Assembly: GCA_031430855.1 (NCBI GenBank)
Contig: JANPCG010000015.1
Span: 68,522-132,521 of the forward strand
Origin: Candidatus Kaiserbacteria bacterium
GTDB taxonomy: Bacteria; Patescibacteriota; Minisyncoccia; Phycocordibacterales; UBA918
DNA length: 64,000 nucleotides
Direction: 5' to 3'
Under the pieces are notes generated by a model. It saw only the letters and a list, made by a program, of their open reading frames with translations, had not been told where the DNA came from and made no database searches. This document shows, one piece after another, positions 46,369 through 55,169 of this stretch (the stretch's first letter is position 1; every line of letters begins with the position of its first letter). The position numbers and the translations under genes are program-made.

Positions 46369-46899
46369 ATGAGTCGATTAGGAAAAATTCCAGTCACTAT
46401 CCCCGCTGGTGTTGAAGTAACACAGCAAGATACTGTACTGACGGTGAAAGGTCCGAAAGGCACCCTCACACGAGAAATTAAAAAAGATGTCCTCATGAAT
46501 ATCGAGGGTGGGGTGATTACGCTTGATCCACAAAAAACTGACCTCGCGCCAGCTTTGTGGGGTACGTACGCTGCACATATCCGTAACATGATTGAAGGAG
46601 TAACGACTGGTTTTACCCGCATTCTTGAAATTGAAGGAGTGGGATACCGCGCTGAAGTAAAAGGCACTGACCTCGTTTTGAGTGTCGGGTATTCACATCC
46701 AGTACCACTCGCAGTACCAGCCGGCATTACTGCCTTGGTTGAGAAGTCAGTGATTACGCTCACGGGATCAGACAAAGATGCTCTTGGGCAGTTTGCTGCC
46801 AACGTGCGTAAGGTGCGCAAGCCAGAACCATACAAAGGGAAGGGTATTCGCTACCGAGGAGAGTTCATTATTCGTAAACAAGGTAAAAAGGCTGTATAG
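46369..46899 (+). CDS. rplF: 50S ribosomal protein L6
   Basis: MSRLGKIPVTIPAGVEV...KGPKGTL matches L6. The start is internal ATG 46369. Confidence 0.9.
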   Translation: MSRLGKIPVTIPAGVEVTQQDTVLTVKGPKGTLTREIKKDVLMNIEGGVITLDPQKTDLAPALWGTYAAHIRNMIEGVTTGFTRILEIEGVGYRAEVKGTDLVLSVGYSHPVPLAVPAGITALVEKSVITLTGSDKDALGQFAANVRKVRKPEPYKGKGIRYRGEFIIRKQGKKAV

Positions 46900-46911
46900 G
46901 CCCGTAGCAAT

Positions 46912-47259
46912 ATGGATAAAGCACAATACAAAACTGAAAAGCGAGCCGGACGTCATGCCCGCATTCGCGCCAAAGTGTCAGGTACAGCTGAGCGACCTCG
47001 TCTCGCCGTCTACAAGAGTAATGTGGCAGTCTATGCCCAGCTCATTGACGATGTGCGTGGTGTAACAATCGCTGCCGTTGATTCACGAAAGACGAAGGGA
47101 ACAAACAGTGAAGGAGCCGTCTTTGTGGGAACTGAAATTGCGAACAAGGCAAAGACTCTTGGGGTAACTGCGGTCGTATTTGACCGTGGTGGATTCCGAT
47201 ACCAGGGAGTGGTGGCTGCTGTCGCTGATGGTGCTCGTGCTGCTGGACTGATCCTCTAA
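46912..47259 (+). CDS. rplR: 50S ribosomal protein L18
   Basis: ...RHARIRAKVSGTAERPRLAVYKSN..YAQLIDD matches L18. Confidence 0.9.
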   Translation: MDKAQYKTEKRAGRHARIRAKVSGTAERPRLAVYKSNVAVYAQLIDDVRGVTIAAVDSRKTKGTNSEGAVFVGTEIANKAKTLGVTAVVFDRGGFRYQGVVAAVADGARAAGLIL

Positions 47260-47283
47260 TTATTTATTTTAAGTCAATTTTAT

Positions 47284-47916
47284 ATGACACAGCCGGAAGC
47301 TATAACTGACACTTCGTCAGATACTGTAGTACCACCAGTGGTACCTGCAACCGATGCACCAGCTGCTGACGCTACAGCGACCACACCAGGTCGCGGTCGC
47401 GGTCCGCGTGGCGCTCAGGGAGGAGGAGATAATCGCCGAAACGAACGCCGTCCGCGCCGGACGGGTCGCCCAGAACGAACGAAGCCAGAGTTTGATCAAA
47501 AAATCATCAGTATCCGCCGCGTAACTCGCGTGATGGGTGGTGGTCGCCGATTCAGTTTCTCGGTGGCGATGGTGATTGGAGATAAGCGCGGCAAAGTTGG
47601 GGTTGGTATCGGCAAAGCCGGTGACACTCAACTCGCTATCGAAAAAGCGATTCGCGACGCCAAGAAGAATATGATTACGGTGGTAATGAATAAAGATAGT
47701 CATATTCCGCACGATGTACACGTAAAGTATGCCTCAAGTGAAGTGATGATGATGCCAGCTCCAGGACGAGGTTTGGTAGCCGGATCATCCGTCCGTAACG
47801 TACTTGAGCTCGCTGGAGTCAAAGACATTACTGCCAAGATTTTCTCTCGCAGTAAGAACAAACTTAACAACGCTCGCGCTGCAGTCGAAGCGCTCAAGCA
47901 ACTTAAAAAAGCCTAA
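47284..47916 (+). CDS. rpsE: 30S ribosomal protein S5 with ~55-aa low-complexity N-terminal extension
   Basis: ...IISIRRVTRVMGGGRRFSFSVAMVIGDKRGKVGVGIGKA... matches S5. The N-terminus is Ala/Pro/Arg/Gly-rich. Confidence 0.9.
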   Translation: MTQPEAITDTSSDTVVPPVVPATDAPAADATATTPGRGRGPRGAQGGGDNRRNERRPRRTGRPERTKPEFDQKIISIRRVTRVMGGGRRFSFSVAMVIGDKRGKVGVGIGKAGDTQLAIEKAIRDAKKNMITVVMNKDSHIPHDVHVKYASSEVMMMPAPGRGLVAGSSVRNVLELAGVKDITAKIFSRSKNKLNNARAAVEALKQLKKA

Positions 47917-47919
47917 GGT

Positions 47920-48372
47920 ATGCAACTACATGAATTAGTGCCGGCTACCAAGCGAAAGACCAAGAAGCGAATCGGTCTCGGTGGTAAACGAGGAAAGACT
48001 TCAGGTCGCGGAGGAAAGGGGCAGACTGCCCGTACCGGTAACAGTACGCGTCCAGAAATGCGTGACTTCATCAAGAAGCTACCAAAGCTTCGTGGTCATG
48101 GTAAAAACCGAGCTGATACCGTTAACAACGAACAGGTACCGGTTGTGCCAGTAAACCTAGGTGCTATTGAAGCAGCCTTCGAGAACGGTGCTACCGTGTC
48201 ACCACGATCACTCGTGACGGCTGGTTTGGTCAGTACACGACGCAAGCGTGTTCCGGTTGTAAAGATTCTCGGAACCGGTGAAATCACCAAGAAAGTAACG
48301 ATTGAGGGTTGTATGGTTTCAGCTTCAGCTGAAGCTAAGGTGGTGGCAGCTGGCGGAAAAGTAACGAAATAA
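47920..48372 (+). CDS. rplO: 50S ribosomal protein L15 (directly after rpsE; no rpmD/L30)
   Basis: MQLHELVPATKRKTKKRIGLGGKRGKTSGRGGKGQ matches L15. Confidence 0.9.
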   Translation: MQLHELVPATKRKTKKRIGLGGKRGKTSGRGGKGQTARTGNSTRPEMRDFIKKLPKLRGHGKNRADTVNNEQVPVVPVNLGAIEAAFENGATVSPRSLVTAGLVSTRRKRVPVVKILGTGEITKKVTIEGCMVSASAEAKVVAAGGKVTK

Positions 48373-48388
48373 GGTAGAATACTGCCAT

Positions 48389-49660
48389 ATGCAAACATTT
48401 CTTCGTAAGCTCTCAATTATCTTCACTGACCCAGCTATCCGTAATCGCGTGTTGTTTGTACTTGGTGCCCTCGTGGTATTTCGTCTTTTGGCAGCGGTAC
48501 CGATTCCTGGTGTTGACCAGGCGGTATTGCAGCAATTCTTTGCGAACAACCAATTTCTCGGACTCTTGAATATCTTCTCCGGTGGTGGATTATCAAATCT
48601 CTCAATTGTGATGCTCGGGGTTGGTCCGTTTATTACGGCTTCAATCATCATGCAGCTTTTGACGGTGATGTCTCCGGCGATGAAAAGCCTCTACTCGGAA
48701 GAGGGGGAGGCAGGTCGCGCAAAGTTCACCCAGTACAGTCGTATGCTCTGTTTACCACTTGCAGTCTTGCAGGGATTCGGGTTTCTTACTCTCCTCCAGA
48801 GTCAGGGTGTAATCTCAGGACTCACGACGTTTGAGTTCGGAGTTAATGTGACATTGATTGTTGCCGGTTCAGTACTTCTGATGTGGATTGGAGAACTCGT
48901 CACAGAATATGGTGTTGGAAACGGTGTATCTATCATTATCTTCTCGGGGATTGTGGCTGGCCTCCCAGCTACCTTGAGTCAGCTCCTCTTCACCTTCGAT
49001 ACTGCACAGCTCCCACTTTATATCGGTTTTGCCATCCTCGCCCTCGGTATTATCTATGCAGTGGTAGTAATGACTGAAGCAGAGCGTCCGGTGCCAATTA
49101 CATACGCCAAGCAGAGTCGGGGGGGATCAATGTATGGAGGGAGCTCTTCGTACTTGCCGCTTCGCTTGAACCAGGCTGGAGTTATTCCAATTATCTTTGC
49201 GCTTTCAATTATGCTGTTCCCGCAGATGATCTTGAATATTCTCAGTGCGTTTAATCTCTCATGGGTGCCCCGCGCGAACGAAGTAGTAACTGGTTTTATT
49301 AACAATATACCACTCTACGGAGTCACGTATTTTGTGTTGGTATTTATGTTTACCTTCTTCTACACCGCCGTGACATTTGATCCAGATGCAATTGCCAAAA
49401 ACCTCCAGCGAAACGGTGCATTCATTCCGGGGATTCGTCCTGGGGCACATACTTCAGAGTACCTCGGTAATCTGATTACTCGTCTGACGTTTGTCGGTGC
49501 GATGTTCCTCGCTTTGGTGGCGGTGCTTCCAATCGGTATGCAGTTTGCTACTGGTATTGCAGCCCTCGCTATTGGTGGAACCGCGATTCTGATTGTAGTG
49601 TCAGTAGTATTGGACCTCATCCGTCGCCTTGACGCTCAAGTCTCAATGCGCCAGTACTAA
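48389..49660 (+). CDS. secY: Preprotein translocase subunit SecY
   Basis: 10-TM protein with LGVGPFITASIIMQLL and GGTAILIVV, which match SecY. Confidence 0.9.
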   Translation: MQTFLRKLSIIFTDPAIRNRVLFVLGALVVFRLLAAVPIPGVDQAVLQQFFANNQFLGLLNIFSGGGLSNLSIVMLGVGPFITASIIMQLLTVMSPAMKSLYSEEGEAGRAKFTQYSRMLCLPLAVLQGFGFLTLLQSQGVISGLTTFEFGVNVTLIVAGSVLLMWIGELVTEYGVGNGVSIIIFSGIVAGLPATLSQLLFTFDTAQLPLYIGFAILALGIIYAVVVMTEAERPVPITYAKQSRGGSMYGGSSSYLPLRLNQAGVIPIIFALSIMLFPQMILNILSAFNLSWVPRANEVVTGFINNIPLYGVTYFVLVFMFTFFYTAVTFDPDAIAKNLQRNGAFIPGIRPGAHTSEYLGNLITRLTFVGAMFLALVAVLPIGMQFATGIAALAIGGTAILIVVSVVLDLIRRLDAQVSMRQY

Positions 49661-49845
49661 AAATTCGTCCAAAATTGCTGTATCTACTTCAGCAGTTAAA
49701 CAAAAAATACCCTCACGGTACGTCTAGTACCGCTCGGGTATTTTTTGTTTCCCTACTTCGTATCTACAGCAATTTATGAACGAATTTACGTAAATTAGCA
49801 GTCCGTGTTGTATCCTAAGATACAACACGCTTGCTCGATGGCGAA

Positions 49846-50457
49846 TTACACCATAAAGACAAAAGTGATGATAATCATCCAGTAGAACGCCAACAAGCTC
49901 TTGCTGGGCCTGACCTTTTTTTGTTGTGTAATAAGTTTTGTGACAATTAAACCAACGATAAAGTAAAACGGTATCACTTGGAGACATGATAAGTGTGAAA
50001 GTGGGCCGAGATTAGCTGGTAAATAATAGAAGATATATTTATCAAAAATGAGTAAAAATAACCCATTATAAACAAGTTCCAGGAAGACAGCTTCAGTCCC
50101 CATGACCAGACCGGCTGAAACTTCAGAAATTTTTCTTTTAATAAAGTAATGGTCACTGAAATATTTATAAAACCCTAATGAGCCCCAAATAAAAATAAAA
50201 TAGTAGCTGATATTGCCATCATGAGCTGGAAACAAACGATATTCCCAGAGCGGCGCACCTAGGATCCGTTCATAGAGAGTGTTTACAAAGACTTCACCAA
50301 TAATCCCAAATAATGAAAAAATGGTCACATACAAAAATAAGGTACTAAAACTAGGAACAATTAGTTTTTTTGAGATGAGGCAAACGATGCTGTAGAAAGA
50401 AACTAAAAACCCTAAGGCAAAAAGGGTCGTGGTAACAAAGGTGATTTCTACAGGCAT
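49846..50457 (-). CDS. Polytopic membrane protein (203 aa), hypothetical
   Basis: About six predicted TM helices. Its start is 3 nt downstream of the stop of the upstream kinase gene (50460..51092). Confidence 0.45.
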   Translation of the reverse strand: MPVEITFVTTTLFALGFLVSFYSIVCLISKKLIVPSFSTLFLYVTIFSLFGIIGEVFVNTLYERILGAPLWEYRLFPAHDGNISYYFIFIWGSLGFYKYFSDHYFIKRKISEVSAGLVMGTEAVFLELVYNGLFLLIFDKYIFYYLPANLGPLSHLSCLQVIPFYFIVGLIVTKLITQQKKVRPSKSLLAFYWMIIITFVFMV

Positions 50458-50459
50458 AG

Positions 50460-51092
50460 CTAGTACTGATTTTTAAAGGAATACCCCATCGGAATCGCAC
50501 TTCGTTCTTGTTTCCACACTTCAGTTATAAGCCAGCGACGGTAGGTGTCAAAGACTGTGAGCGCTACGGTTTGTGGGCTGTGACGGCTGGTATCAATCAC
50601 CAAATCGAAATGGGCGAGATTATATGGATCGACGTGATATAGGGTGCGGAAACGGGCTCGCTCAGCCTCCATGCGGTCACGTACTTGGTTTGTGACGTCA
50701 GCCAAGGAAGCGGTTCCTTCGCCAGCACCACTACGGGCCGTGTTGCTCACTGCATCCTTGTAGATACGGACCGTGGCAACCTCCATATCGAGATCGAGAT
50801 AGACTTTGAATGACTCGGGAATCCAATAGAAACCGAGCCTTGAATCAACGACAATATCAGATTTATCCCGCAGTGCACGCAGCATGTCGTCTACTCGGTC
50901 GTCGAGCGCATGGTCACATTTGGCTTTTTCATTGTACTCAGCGAGGGTTAGTCTTGATTTACTAAGTACTGCCCGTACCATGTCGCCGGAGGAATGTCTA
51001 GTATATGAAAGCATCTCGGCGACCTTGTCAGCAGTTGATGATTTACCGCTGCCGGGCTTACCGGAAATAGTGATGATGTGTTTTCGTTCCAT
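50460..51092 (-). CDS. Cytidylate kinase-like P-loop NMP kinase, paralog A
   Basis: ITISGKPGSGKSST (Walker A) with NMP-kinase fold spacing. Confidence 0.55.
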   Translation of the reverse strand: MERKHIITISGKPGSGKSSTADKVAEMLSYTRHSSGDMVRAVLSKSRLTLAEYNEKAKCDHALDDRVDDMLRALRDKSDIVVDSRLGFYWIPESFKVYLDLDMEVATVRIYKDAVSNTARSGAGEGTASLADVTNQVRDRMEAERARFRTLYHVDPYNLAHFDLVIDTSRHSPQTVALTVFDTYRRWLITEVWKQERSAIPMGYSFKNQY

Positions 51093-51109
51093 GTGCGTAT
51101 CTTAACACA

Positions 51110-51706
51110 TTACCCAGTCAGCCATTTTCTGTACGCATCGACTACCTGCACCGCGACAGCTAGTGGCGTTAGAGCCGAAGTATCTATAACAAGATCAAAG
51201 TTGGTTTCGTCGTAAATATGTATACCGTAATGCTCCAAGTAGCGCATTTTATGGTTCTCAATGCGCCGCCTGGTTTTTTCTAGAGTCGCCTCATAGGTGT
51301 CTGGACTGTCATGGCTCGCAACACGCAAAGCTGAATGTTTGTCATCAAATATACGTTGTGCTGAAACTTCAATGGGGACGCTGAGATGCACTTTAAATGA
51401 GTGTGGTATGAAATGAAAGCCCAAGATTGAGTCGATAATGAAGTGGTTTTCGTCACGTCCAATTCGAGTTTGCTCCTTATCAATATGGAGATCAATTGAT
51501 TTGTCGTGAGCGATGAGCGTATTAAATTCTTCTAGTGATAACCCTCGTTCCACTGCTAGATTACGGGCATAGTCGCCGGTAGAAAAACTTTGATATCCGA
51601 GCGCTTCAACTAAAAGACGTTTTACGGTTGATTTGCCACTGCCAGGGAGTCCACCTAAGGTAATAATTTCAGTTTTAACCATAATTTTGTGGTCATAGAG
51701 TAGCAT
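51110..51706 (-). CDS. Cytidylate kinase-like P-loop NMP kinase, paralog B (tandem)
   Basis: IITLGGLPGSGKSTV (Walker A). The likely start is ATG 51682. Distantly related to paralog A. Confidence 0.55.
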   Translation of the reverse strand: MLLYDHKIMVKTEIITLGGLPGSGKSTVKRLLVEALGYQSFSTGDYARNLAVERGLSLEEFNTLIAHDKSIDLHIDKEQTRIGRDENHFIIDSILGFHFIPHSFKVHLSVPIEVSAQRIFDDKHSALRVASHDSPDTYEATLEKTRRRIENHKMRYLEHYGIHIYDETNFDLVIDTSALTPLAVAVQVVDAYRKWLTG

Positions 51707-51746
51707 TTTCTTGTTTTTTTGCCTAACCTAGGTACACTAGAACCGT

Positions 51747-52340
51747 ATGGATATTAAAACTGTTATTTTTATTGGACCGCAGGGAAGTGGAAAGGGAACC
51801 CAGATTGAAAAACTCAAAGCCGTACTTGAGGCAGGTGACGAAAGGCGTCGCGTGGTTGATATTCAGACTGGTCGACGGTTCCGTGCACTTGCGGCTACTC
51901 AGGAAACGTATGCCGAAGATAAAATTGCTGCAACCTTAAGTAGTGGTGTGCTTCAGCCCGATTTTATTACAACGGTGTTGTGGGGACGGGCGATGCTTGA
52001 TCAGCTTGATACCAAGAGTCATCTCTTGATTGACGGATTTCCCCGTACGGTTGGACAAATTCCGGACCTTGAAGACGCCTTCCATTTTTTTGAACGAGGG
52101 ACAGTTGATGTGATTAATCTCGAAACCCCTGAGGAGGTGGTCCGTGTCCGGATGGAGAGTCGCGCCCGAGCGGACGATACGACTGATTCAATTGAAGAGC
52201 GGCTGCGTTGGTACCGCGGGGACACCCTTCCGGTTGTTGCGTATTACCAAAGCCGTCCACAGACGCGCGTCCATACGCTTGATGGAACGGACACGATTGA
52301 TGGTGTACACCAGCAAATTCTCAAGGCATTATTGCTCTAA
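51747..52340 (+). CDS. adk: Adenylate kinase
   Basis: VIFIGPQGSGKGTQ... LLIDGFPRTVGQ matches adenylate kinase. Confidence 0.9.
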   Translation: MDIKTVIFIGPQGSGKGTQIEKLKAVLEAGDERRRVVDIQTGRRFRALAATQETYAEDKIAATLSSGVLQPDFITTVLWGRAMLDQLDTKSHLLIDGFPRTVGQIPDLEDAFHFFERGTVDVINLETPEEVVRVRMESRARADDTTDSIEERLRWYRGDTLPVVAYYQSRPQTRVHTLDGTDTIDGVHQQILKALLL

Positions 52341-52341
52341 T

Positions 52342-53112
52342 ATGATAACCAAAAAAACATCAGCCGAAATTGAAATACTCCGTGAAGCGGGAAGTATATT
52401 AGCTAAAATTCTCAAAACACTCGCTCGTGAATTGACGCCGGGGATGACTACTTTGGATATTGATGATCGGGCAATGGAGTTAATCGAGGAGTATAACGTT
52501 GAGCCTGTATTATTGGGGTATCATCCAAGTTTTGCTGAGTATCCGTACCCAGCGGCGGTTTGTATTTCAGTTAATGAGTGTGTTCAGCATGGTATCCCGT
52601 CGGCTGAGGTTATTCTCAAAGAGGGCGATGTCGTCAATATCGATATGTCGATTGGGCTCAGTGGGATGGTGGTTGATTCAGGACTTACTGTAGGAGTGGG
52701 AGAGGTAAGTGATGTCGACCGAAAGCTAATGGCTGCTACCCAAGAAGCGCTTGCTCTTGGTATTAAGGCGGCGAAACCCGGTGCACACATCGGCGATATT
52801 AGTCACGCCATTCAGACGCTGGTTGAATCTCGGGGATTCTCATGTGTTGAGGTATTGTGTGGTCACGGTGTGGGGTATAGTATCCATGAGGAGCCCCTCA
52901 TTCCTAATACGGGGAGGGCAGGTACTGGTCCACTCATTGAGGTCGGCCATGTCTATGCGATTGAACCAATCGTGAATGTCGGGGGTGCCGATGTCTATTT
53001 TGATGATGAGGGGGATGGGTATAGTGTCTATACCAAAGACGGTTCGCATAGTGCCCACTTTGAACATACGGTAGTGATTACTGAAACAGGGGCTGAGATT
53101 TTGACAAAATAA
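52342..53112 (+). CDS. map: Methionine aminopeptidase type I
   Basis: ...EGDVVNIDMS... HGVGYSIHEEP... matches MetAP. The start is ATG 52342, 2 nt after the adk stop; the ORF extends to 52144. Confidence 0.9.
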   Translation: MITKKTSAEIEILREAGSILAKILKTLARELTPGMTTLDIDDRAMELIEEYNVEPVLLGYHPSFAEYPYPAAVCISVNECVQHGIPSAEVILKEGDVVNIDMSIGLSGMVVDSGLTVGVGEVSDVDRKLMAATQEALALGIKAAKPGAHIGDISHAIQTLVESRGFSCVEVLCGHGVGYSIHEEPLIPNTGRAGTGPLIEVGHVYAIEPIVNVGGADVYFDDEGDGYSVYTKDGSHSAHFEHTVVITETGAEILTK

Positions 53113-53205
53113 GTTATGCTTTGACACTCGTGCTGTGGGTGATATGTTTAATATGCCTAGCTGTCGTTTTTCGAAACGTTGGCTCGGCATCCTCCCTGTT
53201 GGACC

Positions 53206-53238
53206 TAGCCCCGGTACGTACCGGGGCTTCTTTTTTTA
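53206..53238 (+). terminator. Rho-independent terminator
   Basis: AGCCCCGGTAC-GTACCGGGGCT followed by TCTTTTTTT. Confidence 0.6.
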
Positions 53239-53287
53239 GAATATTCAGGTATACTGCTTTCGTTATTTAATCTAATCAAACGTCGCT

Positions 53288-53893
53288 ATGGCCAAACATC
53301 CACACCAAGAACGAACTTTTGTTATCCTTAAGCCTGATACCATTCAACGCTCACTTATTGGTGAAGTAATCAAGCGATTTGAGCGTACTGGCCTCAAATG
53401 CACCGCGATGAAGATGATTATGGCTGATGAGGAGCGTCTGTTACAACACTATAATAAAGACGAGGCGTGGTTTCTTAAAAAAGGAACCCGGATTGCTGAG
53501 GATATGGTGGCGCAAGGTCGAGCGGTAGAAAAAGAACCAATTGAATATGGAAAAGACATTATCCGGACAATTGTGCATTATATGACCGCAGCGCCAGTCA
53601 TTGCTATGGTGTTTGAAGGAAATGAAGCCGTAGCGGTAGTTTCAAAACTCGTTGGTACTACTGAACCAAAGACGTCTGATGTAGGTACTATTCGAGGAGA
53701 CTTCACGGTTGATTCGTATAGTCACTCATCGTACGAAAATCGTTCAGTTAGAAATTTGGTACATCAATCTGAATCGCCAGAAGAGGCCGAACGAGAAATT
53801 GCTATTTGGTTTAATGAAGACGAGATTCTCTCATACATAACGGCCCAAGAACGCATTATGTATGACATAAATCTGGATGGAACTAACGAATAA
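53288..53893 (+). CDS. ndk: Nucleoside diphosphate kinase with internal insertion
   Basis: ERTFVILKPDTIQRSLIGEVIKRFERTGL...NLVHQSESPEEAEREIAIWF matches Ndk. At 201 aa it is longer than typical because of an insertion. Confidence 0.8.
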   Translation: MAKHPHQERTFVILKPDTIQRSLIGEVIKRFERTGLKCTAMKMIMADEERLLQHYNKDEAWFLKKGTRIAEDMVAQGRAVEKEPIEYGKDIIRTIVHYMTAAPVIAMVFEGNEAVAVVSKLVGTTEPKTSDVGTIRGDFTVDSYSHSSYENRSVRNLVHQSESPEEAEREIAIWFNEDEILSYITAQERIMYDINLDGTNE

Positions 53894-53913
53894 ACGAGGA
53901 CGCTACTCGGTTA

Positions 53914-53938
53914 AAAAACTCCCCCTGGGGATTTTTTT
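53914..53938 (+). terminator. Rho-independent terminator after ndk
   Basis: AAAAACTCCCC-ctg-GGGGATTTTTTT. Confidence 0.6.
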
Positions 53939-53991
53939 AAATCGGGTATAAATTACCTTGGCGATAACTGTTTGATATATACTTAAAATAT

Positions 53992-54510
53992 ATGAAATCA
54001 ATCAAACCACTCTCAGTCCTCGGTATTATTTGTGTATTCTTAGTTGGGTATCAATTTATGGGGGCTGCAGTATGGACATCTCCAACCGCCTCGTCACCAA
54101 ATAATAACACTGATGCTCCTATTAATATTGGTGCAACTACTCAACAAAAGGCTGGTAATCTCCAGGCTAATATTTTTGCGGCGGGAGTACAGATGCGGTC
54201 AAATTTGTATTGTGATGAGGTTGGTTATAACTGTTTTGATCCGGCTGAAGTCGTTTCACCGAGTACGTGTCCAACCGGAGAATTTGTCACTGGATTTCGA
54301 CCAAATGGTGAGTTAAAATGTGCTACTCCTAGTGGAGGTTCGTCGAATTGTGTAATTGAACAAAGAACAGTATCAGCGTGCGTCTATGATTCCAGCAGCG
54401 TTCCTCCTTGCCCGAGTGGCTGGAATCAAATTTCCTTAAATCAAGGTGGTCGTTGTTCAACTAATAACGTAACATGGTCACGTCTATGCATAAGAAATGT
54501 TTGTAGTTAA
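53992..54510 (+). CDS. Exported Cys-rich protein, paralog P4 of the family
   Basis: ...LVGYQFMGAAVWTSPTASSPNNNTDAPINIGATTQQKAGNLQANIFAAGVQMRSNLYCDEVGYNC... The C-terminus carries 10 Cys. Confidence 0.6.
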   Translation: MKSIKPLSVLGIICVFLVGYQFMGAAVWTSPTASSPNNNTDAPINIGATTQQKAGNLQANIFAAGVQMRSNLYCDEVGYNCFDPAEVVSPSTCPTGEFVTGFRPNGELKCATPSGGSSNCVIEQRTVSACVYDSSSVPPCPSGWNQISLNQGGRCSTNNVTWSRLCIRNVCS

Positions 54511-54788
54511 TCAACGTAAACGCAAACAAAGTTACTAATTCTTTTGCGCTCAGAAAAACTTTTGGTATACTTATATTGCAACCACTGATACGTATGTTTC
54601 TGATAAGTACTTATGCAGGGCTGCCGGTAGTCTCAGTTCGCGATGAGCACTCAATTGAGACGGAGTATTCTGACCTGTTCTGGAAATGGTGCCCACCTAG
54701 AATTCTCTAGGAGCATACGTGGGTGGTTGCATGAAAGCACGTCTCATTATTGAGGCGTTTTTTCATGCCGTAATGATAGAATAGATTC

Positions 54789-55169
54789 ATGAATCGACTC
54801 ACCATTGTTACTCTGATTGTGGGTACGCTCTTTGCGGTAACGCATACTAATAATGAAATCAACCACTTATATTGGTACTACCCAGGTTTAGAGTATGTCA
54901 TGCATGTGTGGGGTGGAATAGTATTATATTTACTTCTCCAGGTATTTTTATGGCTCTCATTTATTCCCCAAAATATTGCCAGGCGACCGTTGGCTCTGGT
55001 TGGGATTTTAGTAGCAGGGATGGTTACGTGGGAACTCTATGGTATCTACCGGTATGGTGGCTTTAAACCCCACTACGTATTTGATACAAGCCTTGATCTC
55101 GTGTTTGGTATACTAGGGTGTATCATCGGATGGGTGATTTATCGACTAATGAAAAAACGCATAACATGA
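54789..55169 (+). CDS. Small membrane protein (126 aa, four TM), hypothetical
   Basis: Hydrophobic ORF that overlaps the next gene start by 4 nt (ATGA). Confidence 0.4.
   Translation: MNRLTIVTLIVGTLFAVTHTNNEINHLYWYYPGLEYVMHVWGGIVLYLLLQVFLWLSFIPQNIARRPLALVGILVAGMVTWELYGIYRYGGFKPHYVFDTSLDLVFGILGCIIGWVIYRLMKKRIT

Noticed and set aside
40820-48651. Antisense and out-of-frame ORFs across the S19-SecY block (e.g. 41506..42012, 42363..42791, 43895..44539, 46287..46835, 47317..47721, 48096..48651)
   Set aside because: They overlap well-supported ribosomal protein genes and are composition-driven shadows.
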